NCBI GenBank assembly: GCA_010909165.1
Contig: MU008163.1
Coordinates: 1,674,001-1,738,000 of the forward strand
DNA: 64,000 nt
Reading direction: 5' to 3'
Source: Anthoceros angustus
Taxonomy: Eukaryota; Plantae; Anthocerotophyta
The translations under genes and the position numbers were made by a program. A model generated the notes under the pieces. The model saw only the letters and a list, made by a program, of their open reading frames with translations, made no database searches and was not told where the DNA came from. Shown here piece after piece: positions 33,996 to 46,288 of this stretch (position 1 is its first letter; each line of letters begins with the position of its first letter).

Positions 33996-36900
33996 ATGGC
34001 GGCTCATTTGGGTGGAGGAGCAGAGGCGCATGCCCGGTTTAAGCAATATGAGTACAGGGCAAATTCCAGCTTGGTGCTCACCACGGACACCAGGCCCAGA
34101 GACACTCATGAGCCGACCGGAGAGCCGGAGAGTTTGTGGGGGAAGATTGAGCCGAGGCAGTTTGGGGACAGAGCGTATCATGGGCGGCCGCAGGAGCTGG
34201 ATGATAAGCTGGTGAAGGCGAGGAATAAGAGAGCCTTGAAGGAGAAGGAGAAGGCTGCGGTGGACATCCCTAAGAAGCCTAGCAAGAGGCAGCGGGGAGG
34301 TCAGGATGACAGTGTCTTGTCTATTGTGGACGATGGAATGTACAGGCCTAAGACGAAGGAGACGAGGGCGGCTTACGAGCACCTTTTGAGTACCATACAG
34401 CAGCAGTTTGGGGACCACCCACAGGATATCTTGAGAGGGGCAGCAGATGAGGTGCTGGCGGTGTTGAAGAATGATAAGTTGAAAGATCCGGATAAGAAGA
34501 AGGAGATAGAGACGCTGTTGAACTCCCTGTCGACGGAGTTGTTTGCGGATCTTGTGAGTATTGGGAAGCGGATCAGCGATTACCATGAAGCAGGGGAGGC
34601 TGCAGGAGTGGGGGGTGCAGGGGAGGCCCTCGATGATGACATCGGAGTTGCTGTTGAGTTTGAGGAGGAGGAGGAGGAGGAAGAAGATGATTTGGATGAG
34701 GTGCAGGAGGATAGTGATGGTGACGAGGATGGCCAGGACACCCGGGACGCTGCTGCCATGCAGATGGGGCAAGTGGATGAGGAGGAGATGGAGGAGGCAG
34801 ATGAGGGTTTGAATGTGCAGGATATCGATGCCTACTGGCTGCAACGCAAGATATCGCAGGCGTATGGAGATATTGATCCTCAGCAGAGCCAGAAGCTAGC
34901 GGAAGAAGTCTTGAAGATTTTGGCCGAAGGTGATGATGCTGAACCGGAGAATCGCCTTGTGACAGCAGAGAACCGGCTTGTGATGTTGCTGCAGTATGAC
35001 AAGTTTGATCTCATTAAGCTGTTGCTGAGGAACAGGCTTAAGGTGGTTTGGTGCACCCGGCTTGCACGAGCTGAGGATGATGACCAGAGGAAGAAGATCG
35101 AGGAGGAAATGATGGAAGGGGGCTCGGCTCTCTCTGCTATACTGGAGCAACTTCATGCCACTCGAGCTACTGCAAAGGAGAGGCAGAGGAATCTGGAAAG
35201 GAGTATCCGAGAGGAAGCCAGGAAGCTGAGAGATGATGGGGCTGATGTTGAGAAAGGGCGGCATCCCGAGAGAGAGGGGGTCATTGATAGTGGTTGGACA
35301 AAGGGACAGCGTCAGCTGCTCAATCTCGAACAACTCTCTTTTCATCAGGGTGGATTCCTTATGGCAAACAAAAGGTGTGAGCTGCCTCAAGGGTCATACA
35401 GGGCTACAAAGAAGGGTTACGAGGAAGTTCATGTGCCTGCTATCAGACCCAAGCCTATGGCTGATGGAGAGGAGCTTGTGAAGATCTCTGAAATGCCTGA
35501 ATGGGCCCAACCTGCATTTGCCGGTATGAAGACATTGAATCGAGTGCAGAGCAGAGTATATGAAGCAGCGTTGTTCACACCAGAGAACCTGCTCCTTTGT
35601 GCACCAACTGGTGCTGGTAAGACAAATGTGGCCATGCTTGCCATGCTGCACGAAATCCGGCTGAAGACAGGCGAGGATGGGAAGATTGACCTCAATGGTT
35701 TTAAGATTGTCTATGTTGCACCAATGAAGGCATTGGTCTCAGAATTGGTGCAGAATTTCTCAAACAGACTCAAGGAGTACAAAGTGGTTGTGAGGGAGCT
35801 TACTGGGGATCAGACTCTATCTCGACAGCAGATTGAGGAGACACAGATCATTGTCACGACCCCTGAAAAATGGGATATCATTACTCGCAAGTCTGGTGAC
35901 AGGACGTACACACAGCTTGTGAAGTTGCTCATTATCGATGAGATTCATTTGCTTCATGATAACAGGGGGCCTGTACTTGAAAGTATTGTGGCACGAACTG
36001 TTAGGCAGATCGAAACCACTCAGGAGCTTATCCGACTTGTTGGTTTATCAGCCACCCTTCCAAACTATGAGGACGTGGCTCTCTTTCTTCGGGTAGACAA
36101 GAACAAGGGGTTGTTTCATTTTGATAACAGTTATCGCCCGTGCCCTCTGGCTCAACAGTACATTGGTATCACTATCAAGAAGCCTCTTCAAAGATTCCAG
36201 GCGATGAACGAAGTGTGCCATGAGAAGGTGATGGAAGTTGCAGGCAAGCACCAGGTTCTCATTTTTGTGCATTCCAGGAAGGAGACGGCAAAAACAGCAC
36301 GTCTCATCCGAGATACTGCTCTAGGGAATGACACCATGGGACGTTTTCTGAAGGAGGATAGTGCTAGCCGAGAAATCTTGCAGACTGAGTCAGAGGGGGT
36401 GAAGAGTCATGATTTGAGGGATCTGTTACCTTATGGCTTTGCTATACATCATGCAGGCATGGCAAGGTCCGACAGAACTCTGGTGGAAGATTTGTTTGCG
36501 GATGGGCATATCCAAGTGCTCGTGTCAACAGCTACACTTGCGTGGGGTGTGAACTTGCCTGCCCATACTGTCATTATCAAGGGAACACAAATCTACAATC
36601 CTGAGAAAGGAAGCTGGACGGAGCTGAGCCCCTTGGATGTCATGCAAATGCTTGGTCGTGCTGGTCGCCCACAGTTTGACACTTATGGGGAGGGGATTAT
36701 CATCACAGGCCACAGTGAGCTGCAGTATTATCTTTCTCTCATGAACCAGCAGCTGCCTATTGAGAGTCAGTACATATCACGGCTTGCAGACAATCTGAAT
36801 GCTGAGATTGTGTTGGGAAGTGTTCAAAATGCTCGTGAAGCTTGTGCTTGGCTGGGTTACACCTATTTGTATATTAGGATGGCCCGGAATCCTACACTGT

Positions 36901-39900
36901 ATGGAGTGAGTGTGGATGCTCTGGAGAAGGATCCAGAACTAGAAGAGAGACGTGCAGACTTGATTCACTCAGCAGCTTCCATTCTGGATAAGAACAATCT
37001 GACAAAATATGATCGCAAAAGTGGTTATTTTCAAGTGACGGACTTGGGTCGTATTTCCAGTTACTATTACATCAGCCATGGTACTATGGCAACTTACAAT
37101 GAGCATTTGAAGCCTACAATGGGAGAAATTGAGCTGTGCAGATTGTTCTCTCTGAGTGAGGAATTCAAGTTTGTGATTGTACGTGAGGAAGAGAAAATGG
37201 AGCTTGCTAAGTTGTTGGACAGAGTACCGATCCCGGTGAAGGAAAGCTTAGAAGAGCCAAGTGCGAAAATCAATGTACTCTTGCAGGCTTACACATCACA
37301 GCTGAAGCTGGAGGGGTTATCTCTTACCTCAGACATGGTCTTCATTACTCAGAGTGCTGGGCGATTGATGAGGGGTTTGTTTGAGATCGTGTTGAAACGA
37401 GGCTGGGCTCAACTGGCTGAGAAAGCTCTCAACCTGTGCAAAATGGTCCAGAAGCGTATGTGGAATAGTCAGACACCGTTGCGGCAATTTAAAGGTATTC
37501 CTATGGACATCCTGATCAAGATTGAGAAGAAAGACCTGGCATGGGAACGGTATTATGATTTATCATCTCAAGAGATTGGAGAGCTAATATCGTTTCCCAA
37601 GATGGGCAAGACCCTACACAGGTACATCCATCAGTTTCCAAAGCTGGAGCTGGAGCTTGCGCATGTGCAGCCCATAACAAGGTCTGTCTTGAAGATTGAC
37701 CTCACTATTATCCCCGATTTTCAGTGGGATGAGAAGGTCCATGGGTACGTTGAGCCTTTTTGGGTTATTGTGGAGGATAACGATGGTGAGGATATTTTGC
37801 ATCATGAGTATTTTTTGTTGAAGATGCAATACATAGAAGACGATCATCATCTCAGCTTCACAGTGCCAATATATGAACCCATGCCCCCTCAGTATTTCAT
37901 CCGGGTTGTGTCTGATAAGTGGCTTGGTGCACAGACTGTACTCCCTGTTCCCTTCCGCCACCTAATTCTTCCTGAGAAATACCCTCCACCGACTGAGCTT
38001 CTAGACTTGCAACCCTTGCCCGTATCTGCTCTTCGGAATCCTGCGTATGAATCCCTGTATCACAAGTTCAAGCACTTCAATCCCATCCAAACACAGGTTT
38101 TCACTGTCCTCTATAACACTGATGACAATGTTCTTGTGGGTGCTCCAACTGGTAGTGGTAAGACTATTTGTGCAGAGTTTGCTGTGTTGAGGATGTTGCA
38201 AAAGGCTCCTGACAATGGTGGCTCTCGCTGCGTGTATGTTGCACCAGTGGAAGCTCTAGCTAAGGAGCGATTCAGGGATTGGGAGCAGAAGTTTGGTCTT
38301 GGCCTAGGAGTTCGTGTGGTGGAGCTCACAGGTGAAACTGCCACGGATCTGAAGCTGTTGGAGAAGGGCCAGATTGTGATTAGCACTCCTGAAAGGTGGG
38401 ATGTTCTTTCTAGACGTTGGAAGCAAAGGAAGCATGTGCAACAAGTGAGCCTATTTATCGTTGATGAACTGCATCTTATTGGAGGGGAGGGTGGCCCGGT
38501 GCTTGAGGTCATAGTGTCAAGAATGCGGTACATAGCGAGCCATACAGATAGCAAGATTCGAGTTGTGGCTCTGTCGACATCCTTGGCAAATGCAAAGGAT
38601 CTTGGGGAGTGGATTGGGGCCAGTTCACATGGCTTGTTCAATTTCCCACCTGGTGTAAGGCCGGTCCCGCTGGAAATTCATATCCAAGGAGTGGATATCG
38701 CAAACTTTGAAGCTCGCATGCAGGCAATGACTAAGCCAACATATACGTCAATTGTGCAGCATGCCAAAGGGGGCAAACCAGCCATTGTCTTTGTCCCTAC
38801 TCGCAAACATGCTAGATTGACGGCTGTTGATCTTGTCACGTATGCATCAGCTGATGGTGGAGGTAAATCACAGTTTTTGCAGTGCACTGCTGAAGACTTG
38901 GCACCTTTTTTGGCAAAAATCAAGGATGATGCTCTTGAGCATGCCCTGAGTCATGGAGTAGGCTATCTACATGAGGGCCTGTCTGCAGCAGAGCAGGAAG
39001 TTGTAACCCAGCTGTTTGATGCTGGGGCTATACAGCTTTGTGTTGCAAGTAGTAGTATGTGTTGGGGGATGACTATCTCAGCCCACCTAGTTGTGGTTAT
39101 GGGTACTCAGTATTATGATGGTAGAGAGAATGCCCATACTGATTATCCAATCACGGATCTTTTGCAGATGATGGGTCGAGCAAGCAGACCTTTATTGGAT
39201 GACACTGGAAAATGTGTCATTTTGTGTCATGCTCCTCGTAAAGAGTACTACAAGAAGTTCTTGTATGAGCCATTTCCAGTGGAAAGTCACTTGGATCATT
39301 TCCTTCATGACCATCTGAATGCGGAGGTGGTGGTTCGCACAATCGAGAACAAGCAGGATGCAGTTGATTACTTGACCTGGACCCTGATGTACCGCAGGCT
39401 CACACAGAATCCGAATTACTATAATCTTCAGGGTGTGAGTCACAGGCACTTGTCAGACCATCTTTCTGAGCTTGTAGAGACAAAACTCGCAGACTTGGAG
39501 GCAAGTAAATGTGTGGCTATTGAGGATGACATGGACTTGTCTCCTCTGAATCTGGGAATGATTGCGGCTTACTATTATATCAGCTATACTACAATTGAGT
39601 TGTTTAGTTCGTCGTTGACAGCCAAGACAAAGTTGAAAGGTCTCTTGGAGATTCTAGCATCAGCATCAGAGTATTCTCGGCTACCTATGAGGCCAGGGGA
39701 AGAAGAGATAGTGCGGAAGCTGATCAACCATCAACGGTTCTCCATGGACAAGCCTAAGTACACTGACCCTCATGTGAAGGCCAATGCACTCTTGCAGGCA
39801 CATTTCTCGAGGCATGGAGTAACGGGGAATTTGGCATTAGATCAGCGGCAAATCCTGCTAGATGCCAGTAGGTTGCTGCAAGCAATGGTTGACGTCATAT

Positions 39901-40556
39901 CAAGCAGTGGTTGGTTAAATCCTGCTCTAGCTGCGATGGAGCTGAGTCAAATGGTCACTCAGGGCCTCTGGGAGCGTGACTCACTGCTGTTACAGCTTCC
40001 TCATTTTACAAAAGATCTTGCCAGGAGGTGTACTGAAAATCCAGGAAAGCCTGTCGAGACAGTCTTTGACTTGATCGAGATGGAGGATGAGGAGCGGCGG
40101 GAACTTCTGCAAATGTCAGACGCTCAGCTACTGGATATTGCACGAGTTTGCAATCGGTTTCCAAACATTGATCTAGCCTATGATGTGCTAGACAATGAGG
40201 ACATCTCAGCAGGAGACACGGTAACATTGCAGGTATCTCTGGAAAGAGAACTGGAGGGTCGGCAAGATCTGGGTCCTGTAGATGCTCCTCGTTTTCCCAA
40301 GCCCAAGGAGGAGGGTTGGTGGCTTGTGGTTGGTGAACCAAAGGGCAATCAGCTACTGGCTATCAAACGAGTGTCATTGCAGCGGAAAGCGAAGGTGAAG
40401 CTGGATTTCACGGCACCATCGGATGTCGGGAAGAAGACGTATACGCTGTATTTCATGTGTGATGCATATCTCGGCTGTGATCAAGAGTATGAATTCACGA
40501 TTGATGTGAAGGAAGCTGCAGATGATGAGGAGGATGCCAAGCCCATGGAGGAGTAG
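33996..40556 (+). CDS. BRR2: U5 snRNP 200-kDa DExH helicase (BRR2/SNRNP200), uninterrupted ORF
   Basis: 2186 aa; [28 protein letters not shown] start; two helicase cassettes ([24 protein letters not shown]) and two Sec63 units. Confidence 0.98.
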   Translation: MAAHLGGGAEAHARFKQYEYRANSSLVLTTDTRPRDTHEPTGEPESLWGKIEPRQFGDRAYHGRPQELDDKLVKARNKRALKEKEKAAVDIPKKPSKRQRGGQDDSVLSIVDDGMYRPKTKETRAAYEHLLSTIQQQFGDHPQDILRGAADEVLAVLKNDKLKDPDKKKEIETLLNSLSTELFADLVSIGKRISDYHEAGEAAGVGGAGEALDDDIGVAVEFEEEEEEEEDDLDEVQEDSDGDEDGQDTRDAAAMQMGQVDEEEMEEADEGLNVQDIDAYWLQRKISQAYGDIDPQQSQKLAEEVLKILAEGDDAEPENRLVTAENRLVMLLQYDKFDLIKLLLRNRLKVVWCTRLARAEDDDQRKKIEEEMMEGGSALSAILEQLHATRATAKERQRNLERSIREEARKLRDDGADVEKGRHPEREGVIDSGWTKGQRQLLNLEQLSFHQGGFLMANKRCELPQGSYRATKKGYEEVHVPAIRPKPMADGEELVKISEMPEWAQPAFAGMKTLNRVQSRVYEAALFTPENLLLCAPTGAGKTNVAMLAMLHEIRLKTGEDGKIDLNGFKIVYVAPMKALVSELVQNFSNRLKEYKVVVRELTGDQTLSRQQIEETQIIVTTPEKWDIITRKSGDRTYTQLVKLLIIDEIHLLHDNRGPVLESIVARTVRQIETTQELIRLVGLSATLPNYEDVALFLRVDKNKGLFHFDNSYRPCPLAQQYIGITIKKPLQRFQAMNEVCHEKVMEVAGKHQVLIFVHSRKETAKTARLIRDTALGNDTMGRFLKEDSASREILQTESEGVKSHDLRDLLPYGFAIHHAGMARSDRTLVEDLFADGHIQVLVSTATLAWGVNLPAHTVIIKGTQIYNPEKGSWTELSPLDVMQMLGRAGRPQFDTYGEGIIITGHSELQYYLSLMNQQLPIESQYISRLADNLNAEIVLGSVQNAREACAWLGYTYLYIRMARNPTLYGVSVDALEKDPELEERRADLIHSAASILDKNNLTKYDRKSGYFQVTDLGRISSYYYISHGTMATYNEHLKPTMGEIELCRLFSLSEEFKFVIVREEEKMELAKLLDRVPIPVKESLEEPSAKINVLLQAYTSQLKLEGLSLTSDMVFITQSAGRLMRGLFEIVLKRGWAQLAEKALNLCKMVQKRMWNSQTPLRQFKGIPMDILIKIEKKDLAWERYYDLSSQEIGELISFPKMGKTLHRYIHQFPKLELELAHVQPITRSVLKIDLTIIPDFQWDEKVHGYVEPFWVIVEDNDGEDILHHEYFLLKMQYIEDDHHLSFTVPIYEPMPPQYFIRVVSDKWLGAQTVLPVPFRHLILPEKYPPPTELLDLQPLPVSALRNPAYESLYHKFKHFNPIQTQVFTVLYNTDDNVLVGAPTGSGKTICAEFAVLRMLQKAPDNGGSRCVYVAPVEALAKERFRDWEQKFGLGLGVRVVELTGETATDLKLLEKGQIVISTPERWDVLSRRWKQRKHVQQVSLFIVDELHLIGGEGGPVLEVIVSRMRYIASHTDSKIRVVALSTSLANAKDLGEWIGASSHGLFNFPPGVRPVPLEIHIQGVDIANFEARMQAMTKPTYTSIVQHAKGGKPAIVFVPTRKHARLTAVDLVTYASADGGGKSQFLQCTAEDLAPFLAKIKDDALEHALSHGVGYLHEGLSAAEQEVVTQLFDAGAIQLCVASSSMCWGMTISAHLVVVMGTQYYDGRENAHTDYPITDLLQMMGRASRPLLDDTGKCVILCHAPRKEYYKKFLYEPFPVESHLDHFLHDHLNAEVVVRTIENKQDAVDYLTWTLMYRRLTQNPNYYNLQGVSHRHLSDHLSELVETKLADLEASKCVAIEDDMDLSPLNLGMIAAYYYISYTTIELFSSSLTAKTKLKGLLEILASASEYSRLPMRPGEEEIVRKLINHQRFSMDKPKYTDPHVKANALLQAHFSRHGVTGNLALDQRQILLDASRLLQAMVDVISSSGWLNPALAAMELSQMVTQGLWERDSLLLQLPHFTKDLARRCTENPGKPVETVFDLIEMEDEERRELLQMSDAQLLDIARVCNRFPNIDLAYDVLDNEDISAGDTVTLQVSLERELEGRQDLGPVDAPRFPKPKEEGWWLVVGEPKGNQLLAIKRVSLQRKAKVKLDFTAPSDVGKKTYTLYFMCDAYLGCDQEYEFTIDVKEAADDEEDAKPMEE

Positions 40557-40777
40557 ATGTGCGTGCCCATGGGGGAGTAGATTTGCCCATGGGGGAGTAG
40601 ATTTGCCCATGGAGGTGTAGATTTGCTCACGGAGGAGTAGATTTGCCCACGGAGGAGTAGATTTGCCCATGGAGGTGTAGATTTGCCCACGGAGGAGTAT
40701 ATTTGCCCACGGAGGAGTAGATTTGCCCATGGAGGTGTAGATTTGCCCACGGAGGAGTAGATTTGCCCATGGAGGTG
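40541..40777 (+). repeat. 20-bp minisatellite GCCCA(T/C)GGAGG(A/T)GTAGATTT x~12 starting in the BRR2 terminal codons
   Basis: Directly visible; the first unit includes the TAG stop. Confidence 0.95.
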
Positions 40778-41516
40778 GGGGCGTCCACAGAGAGAACGAT
40801 GTTGTAATGATGGCATAGGCTGCTCGATGTAAACTAGGGTTGAATTCCTCTGTTCGAATGCGTTTTTACCTTCGTATGCTCCTTGTGCGATTTCATTTTG
40901 TGTGTTTATGATTGTAAACAGAAACGCCCACAGCTTTCTCAACACAGATGACCAAGCCAGTCCAGTGGTTGTATTGGTGATTATGCTCGATAGTGCATGG
41001 ACTTGCGATTAGCACTACAGAACCTTTGGAATCCAGACACGCCCAAAAAAACTAAATGCGAACCACAAACATTTCCATTTTGTCTGAGGTCTTATGAGGA
41101 TGAACAGAAACGCCCACACCTTAGCAACACAGATAATGGTGAACCATAGCAGTGCAGTGGTTGTATTGACAATTATGCCCGTTACCGTATTAACTCGAGG
41201 ATGTCACAACAGGGGGTAGCCGCTGGAGCACTACAGGATCGTAGCGCTTTAGAATCTTTGGAATGCAGACATGCCCGAAGAACCTACATGCCAACCAGCA
41301 TAAAAAATCAAGGGAGGTCAGATAAAACATCCGCTTTACATTTAGCACGGGAGTATTTAAGTGGCACTGAGACAAACGTCCAGGCAGCGTCCATACCTCA
41401 AGTGAAATCAAGGAGCAGCTTGAGTTGAAATTCGTAGGCGAGAATTCAAGTGGTAACACGTGTGCAGCTCAAAGCGAGCTTGACATCTAGCGACAGAAGG
41501 CAACATAATGCTGCCT

Positions 41517-43316
41517 TCAGCCTGATGCAGATGGGTAGTACAATGCTGCGGCTTCGGGATCCCCATTGATGAATCTGGATGTGAATTTTAAGTTGCTCAT
41601 ACCCATTGTAAACCCGATGCTCAGCTCTTTCTTGAAGCGGCCCGTTTCTTTGAGCCACATAATTACTCTGTGCCTGGGCTTGATGCGGAGTTCAAGATCA
41701 TAAGTCAAGACGGCCACACTCCTACATATCTCCTCCCGGGTAAGGCCAGCTTGTTCAGTAAGGAAGTCCATCTTCTTGGAGATGTTCTCACCGCTAAGAG
41801 TGAGTATAGAAGGCTGTTTCCTTGCCATAGATAAAGCTTCGTCGTGGGTGAAACCCGATTCCACAAGCCAGTCTAGTCGCTCCCGCATACTAGCTACTCG
41901 ATTAGTGAGGCAGCAGCTGAAAGCCCTAACCATTGCAGCAGTCCCAACCTCAAAACCTATCTCCTTCAAGAATTCTAGCGTCTGCGTGAGACCCTTCTCA
42001 ACGGATTGCGTCAGCACGGCTGGTTTCGCCGTGACAAGGCTTCGCAGCTTATCTCCCGCCACGCCGATATCTGCCAGAAATACTATCAAAGGCCGAAGAT
42101 GTGTATCCAAATTGCACTGGAAGAACGCTGGGCAACTCGAAAGCACCTTCCCAACCTTTGCTCTGGTCACACCTATTTCCTGTAAAAACTCTATCTTCGG
42201 CATAAGATTATTGTCGACGCTGTATCCGAGAATATGAGGAGCCCGACGTACCATCCGAGCAACCTCATCTGGTGAGACCCCAATACTGTGAAACAACTTT
42301 ATCTTCTGTTCTATATTCTCAATCCTAAGGCAAAGGATGGCGGGAGCCCGCCCTATAATGATCTGTGGTGAAAGACCCAGAGCTTCTAGTTTCTTCACTT
42401 TGGGTGCCACATTCCTCTCCACACTAAGCCCGAAAAAGCCCGGGGAACGATTGAGCACCATCCCTATATTGCTTACACCAATGCTCTGCAAGTACCTAAT
42501 CTTGGGCAGAAGGTTCTTCTCCACACTAGCACTAAGTATGCTGGGAAAATGCACGACAACATGGCGAATACCTGCTTGTGTCAGTCCATACTGCTGCAGG
42601 AACTCAAGTCTCGGCTTAATCTCGTAGTCCAAATCCATGACCAAAATCTGTGGACTCGCCTTCACAGCAGCTGCAACCTGTACTCTGGAAATCCCCAAAG
42701 ACTGCACGAAATCGATATTTCTCCGGAAGTTGGTGTTCTGAACCCGCAGCACCCGTCGAGGATTGTACCTCAACAGCACACCAACAGTCTGCCTTTCGAC
42801 CCCTATCTCTCGAAGGAACTGCAACATTGGCGTCAGTAACGTCTCCAGATCCTGAAACAGCACAGACGGACATGCCTGAACCAAATCCGCCAAATGCTCC
42901 CTCTGAACCCCAAGCTGCTCCAGTGCTTTCAACCCAGCCACAAACCTGGAAACCGTGCACGTCAGGAGCTCCTTCTCCCGCAACAACAGCCTTGTCACGG
43001 ATTTCCTGCTAAGCCCTGCGCTTTCCAGTGTCTCTACAGAACCTAACAATGGACCCCCATCCAAACTCGCGCTGCTGCCCAGAACCAACCCCACCAATTC
43101 CAGCTCCCTCTGTCTCACCGCAGACCCCTCTTTCACGGACACCAGGACATCGTACTCGGCCCCTGCAGCAGGAGCCTGACGGCACAGCGCAGTTGCGGAG
43201 CGGGCTGGGCTGAATGGAGCTGCCTGATCCCTCGCTCCGCCAGGAAAAGGCATCGCTTTTCTCCAAGCCACGCATTGCCGTAATAGTCTCTTCGCACACA
43301 TGGTGGCTGCTGCCAT
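41517..43316 (-). CDS. mTERF family protein, intronless
   Basis: Repeated ~35-aa mTERF motifs (PSILSASVEKNLLPKIRYL, PHILGYSVDNNLMPKIEFL) and terminal LTYDLELRIKPRH. Confidence 0.93.
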   Translation of the reverse strand: MAAATMCAKRLLRQCVAWRKAMPFPGGARDQAAPFSPARSATALCRQAPAAGAEYDVLVSVKEGSAVRQRELELVGLVLGSSASLDGGPLLGSVETLESAGLSRKSVTRLLLREKELLTCTVSRFVAGLKALEQLGVQREHLADLVQACPSVLFQDLETLLTPMLQFLREIGVERQTVGVLLRYNPRRVLRVQNTNFRRNIDFVQSLGISRVQVAAAVKASPQILVMDLDYEIKPRLEFLQQYGLTQAGIRHVVVHFPSILSASVEKNLLPKIRYLQSIGVSNIGMVLNRSPGFFGLSVERNVAPKVKKLEALGLSPQIIIGRAPAILCLRIENIEQKIKLFHSIGVSPDEVARMVRRAPHILGYSVDNNLMPKIEFLQEIGVTRAKVGKVLSSCPAFFQCNLDTHLRPLIVFLADIGVAGDKLRSLVTAKPAVLTQSVEKGLTQTLEFLKEIGFEVGTAAMVRAFSCCLTNRVASMRERLDWLVESGFTHDEALSMARKQPSILTLSGENISKKMDFLTEQAGLTREEICRSVAVLTYDLELRIKPRHRVIMWLKETGRFKKELSIGFTMGMSNLKFTSRFINGDPEAAALYYPSASG

Positions 43317-43688
43317 TGGCAAAGCTTGCCGCACGCTTCTGCTAGCTTGTAGTATCCCATGGCGCTCACACTGCCCGTCTGCTCATGCTGTGCATCGAGT
43401 GGAAGGATACAGAGAGGACAATCAAAATTAGGTCGACGCCTTGCCTTTATTAAATACTAAAACAAAGCCAAACAACTCTTGCTGCTGCTGCTCTCTTCCG
43501 AGCTTCAGCCAAATCAATACAACGTACAAAGGAGATACATGTGCATCCATCCATCCTCAGTGAGGGACAGAAAAAGAGGATGGCGGACAGTCTCCAAGCA
43601 CTTCCACAAAACCTGGGTATCCTACAAAAACAAAGAGTTCCAGCGCTGCTGCTGGCCAACACTAAGTGGGGTTGCATTCCCATGTTTG

Positions 43689-44907
43689 TCAGACATTGAA
43701 AGGATCAATTCTGGGATCGTGCTCTGTGGCCAGAGCAACGCCAGTGCACAGGCAAGTGGGACACATGACCTTGGCTGCTCCCGCGCAGTTGGGACATCTG
43801 GTTGTCGTTGCAACAGAGGACTGCAAGGAAGGTGTGAGGGCACCGTCTTCAGATTGCAGGGACACGGGGAGGGAGCCTGAGCCGGAGCACCGAGCACAGG
43901 CCAAGTATCCTGTGCCGCTGCAGTAATGGCAGCGCTTGTGGTCGTGCTGTCGGACGTTGTTAACCTCCACCACCATCAGAGCTGAGATCACACCGACCGC
44001 ACCACCGGAGAAGGATGCCACAATCGGATCTACCTGCAGAAACCAGATGCACAACACAGTAAGGCAGAGGGACGGCATTGAACTGCTCGCCATGGAGGAA
44101 AGTAAAGGAAAGGAGGAGGGATGGAATCGAATGGAGCGATGGTGATCAACATACCTGACTGAGCTGAGAGGGAAGGTGCATGCTCCGGATGAATTCCGCA
44201 TAGGATGTGCCTCCCAGGCCGAGCTTCAGCTCCAAAATCGGAGCAAGGAGGCCGCCGAAGAGGATGATGCCGGAGACCAGCCCGAAGCAGGTGGCGTAGT
44301 ACTGCTGCAGCGTGGAGGAAGTGAGCGGGGGAAGGAAAGGGATGGAGGAGGTGAAGCTGAGCTCCTCCTCCTCAACTCCCGTGGTATCTTCTACACCGGT
44401 CTCCTCGCTCTTGATCCGCTGCTGAATCCGCAGCCTCCGCACCTCTTCCATGAGCAGAAAGATCTTGTTGCGCCGGCTGTTGATGTTATCCCGGATCTCC
44501 TGCAGCTGCATCTGCGCGAAGTCCCGCACGGTGTCCCTCCCCTCGATGATGCAGAAGGTGTCATCCGACTTGGACGCCAAGGTGCTCGTGCTGGTACTGC
44601 TGCTGCTGCTGCTCGAGCTGGGAGAGTCCAAACCGCTCCCGTCTCCGGAGCCGGAGCCGGAGCTTCCAAATGCATCGCCAGCGAGAGCTCGGTTTCCTTC
44701 CCCCTTCCCCTGTCGCTGCCGCAAGATGAGCTTCTGCCCGGGGCTGAATCTCCTCAGCCCCCGCCATGGCTGGCTTCCTCCAGATGACACGAGGCTCTTG
44801 GCCCAAGGGGAGGCATCCAATGCGGAGCCGGAGCCATCCTCGGCTTGGCTGCGGGCGCTCAAGCCGGACGGAAGGGCTCCGATCAGGCCAGCCTGCAGCG
44901 CCCGCAT
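43689..44907 (-). CDS. OR: ORANGE DnaJ-like zinc-finger protein, 2 exons (44907-44155, 44033-43689)
   Basis: FCIIEGRDTVRDFAQMQLQEIRDNINSRRNKIFLLMEEVRRLRIQQR, LSQ|VDPIVASFSGGAVGVISALM, CxxCxGxG repeats, EHDPRIDPF. Confidence 0.95.
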
Positions 44908-45601
44908 TCTGGCAACCTAAGCTCAGGTCAGCTCCTGCTCGCAGCCTGCAGTCTTGCCTCCTTCAAGTCCTCTGCAATCCTTTCACGTTAACCGAGGAAG
45001 AAGAAGAAAGGTAAGCATCTCCTTTTCCTCCTGCCATCTCCTGCAGCTCAAATTGACATGCGTGTATCGCATTTTACTCACCTCACTTCCCTCCACAGCG
45101 CCTCGCCAATCCCACACTAGGAGCAGCCTCGCCCCCGCGCATTTGATTCTTCACTTCATCTTTCACTCCCGGAGTGGCATCAGGTACAAACTGGCCTGAC
45201 GAGAGAGCACCCCTGCACTTCTCTGACAGGAAATGTATATGGATAAACACTGGAAGTTGTTACCATGATGGTTTTGTCCTACCAAGAGGAGCATGTCCAT
45301 TTTGTGCCTGTGTGTGAAAGGATATCCCTATGTCCCACATACCATGTCCAATCTGCGTCTGCTACGGGATTCTAGTGGGCGAGATGCCGGCGACGTGCCA
45401 GGCAGGGATCGTTTCCGCCTGGAGCAAGCATCACTGACCAGGGACTAGAAGTATCTGGGATTCGGCCGAAGCGGGCCACCACGGCCAATGTGGTGTGGTG
45501 AAATCCAGGCCACCAAAAAGCATTTCAAGAAGTTCCTCCTAATTGTACGGAGACAGCGATGCTATTCGGCAGAGACGTTTTGTTAACAAGAGAATGTTCA
45601 T

Positions 45602-46288
45602 CTACACTCTAAATCTGTTGAGATAATCCGGGTCTCGCTTGGCTCGATCTTGGAATTTCTTAAACCATCGATCGAGGATATCCAAGGGAACCACCAGTTT
45701 GTTGCTCTCCACACTGCAGAAGGACTGCATGAAGTTGAACAGGTTTTCTCCTACTTTTAGTGCCATCTCCTCAATGCGGCTCTGCTGTCCGACGTTCACG
45801 ACTGGTAAACTAGCAGCGTCTTCGACGGAGACTCCAATCATGGCTGTGAGAGGGGGACAGTCAGCTCCTGTGAGCTGCCTTTGGCCATCCCCACCTCGTT
45901 TGGGCCAAAGCAGTGGCAGCACTGCTGACGGGCAAGAGGCTAACACAGCACCTCTGTACTCGAATGCAGAACCTGGAGCTTGCACATACACGGCCAGGGC
46001 TTTATTAGCTGGCAGGGAGAACTCGTTTAGAAGAAAGATGCACATCTCCTTCACTTCCTCGTATCCTTCTCCTGCATCAGGAGAAGATAAAGTCAGTTGA
46101 ATCGCTAAAGTCAGTTGCATCGCTAAAAACACTAACTCAAAAGAGAAGGCTCGCGAAACAAATGAGACTGCCGATGGAAACCAACCAACAAAGGCGTTCA
46201 TATCCAATATCCAGTGGAGAGGATCCACTTGGAAAAACTTTGATGCATCCATGGGGAAGCTCCGATTAGGGAAAAGGACACCAAACAT
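45602..46288 (-). CDS. OPI10: OPI10/Hikeshi homolog, 2 exons (46288-46186, 46071-45602)
   Basis: MFGVLFPNRSFPMD...HWILDMNAFVG|EGYEEVKEMCIFLLN; KVGENLFNFMQSF; DILDRWFKKFQDRAKRDPDYL. Confidence 0.9.
   Translation of the reverse strand: MFGVLFPNRSFPMDASKFFQVDPLHWILDMNAFVGWFPSAVSFVSRAFSFELVFLAMQLTLAIQLTLSSPDAGEGYEEVKEMCIFLLNEFSLPANKALAVYVQAPGSAFEYRGAVLASCPSAVLPLLWPKRGGDGQRQLTGADCPPLTAMIGVSVEDAASLPVVNVGQQSRIEEMALKVGENLFNFMQSFCSVESNKLVVPLDILDRWFKKFQDRAKRDPDYLNRFRV

Noticed and set aside
33888-34844. 318-aa minus-strand ORF, and similar ORFs opposite the PPR, OR and mTERF genes
   Set aside because: Antisense shadows of real genes with no recognisable motifs.
40541-40777. CRISPR-like array
   Set aside because: The units are head to tail with no unique spacers, and there are no cas genes.
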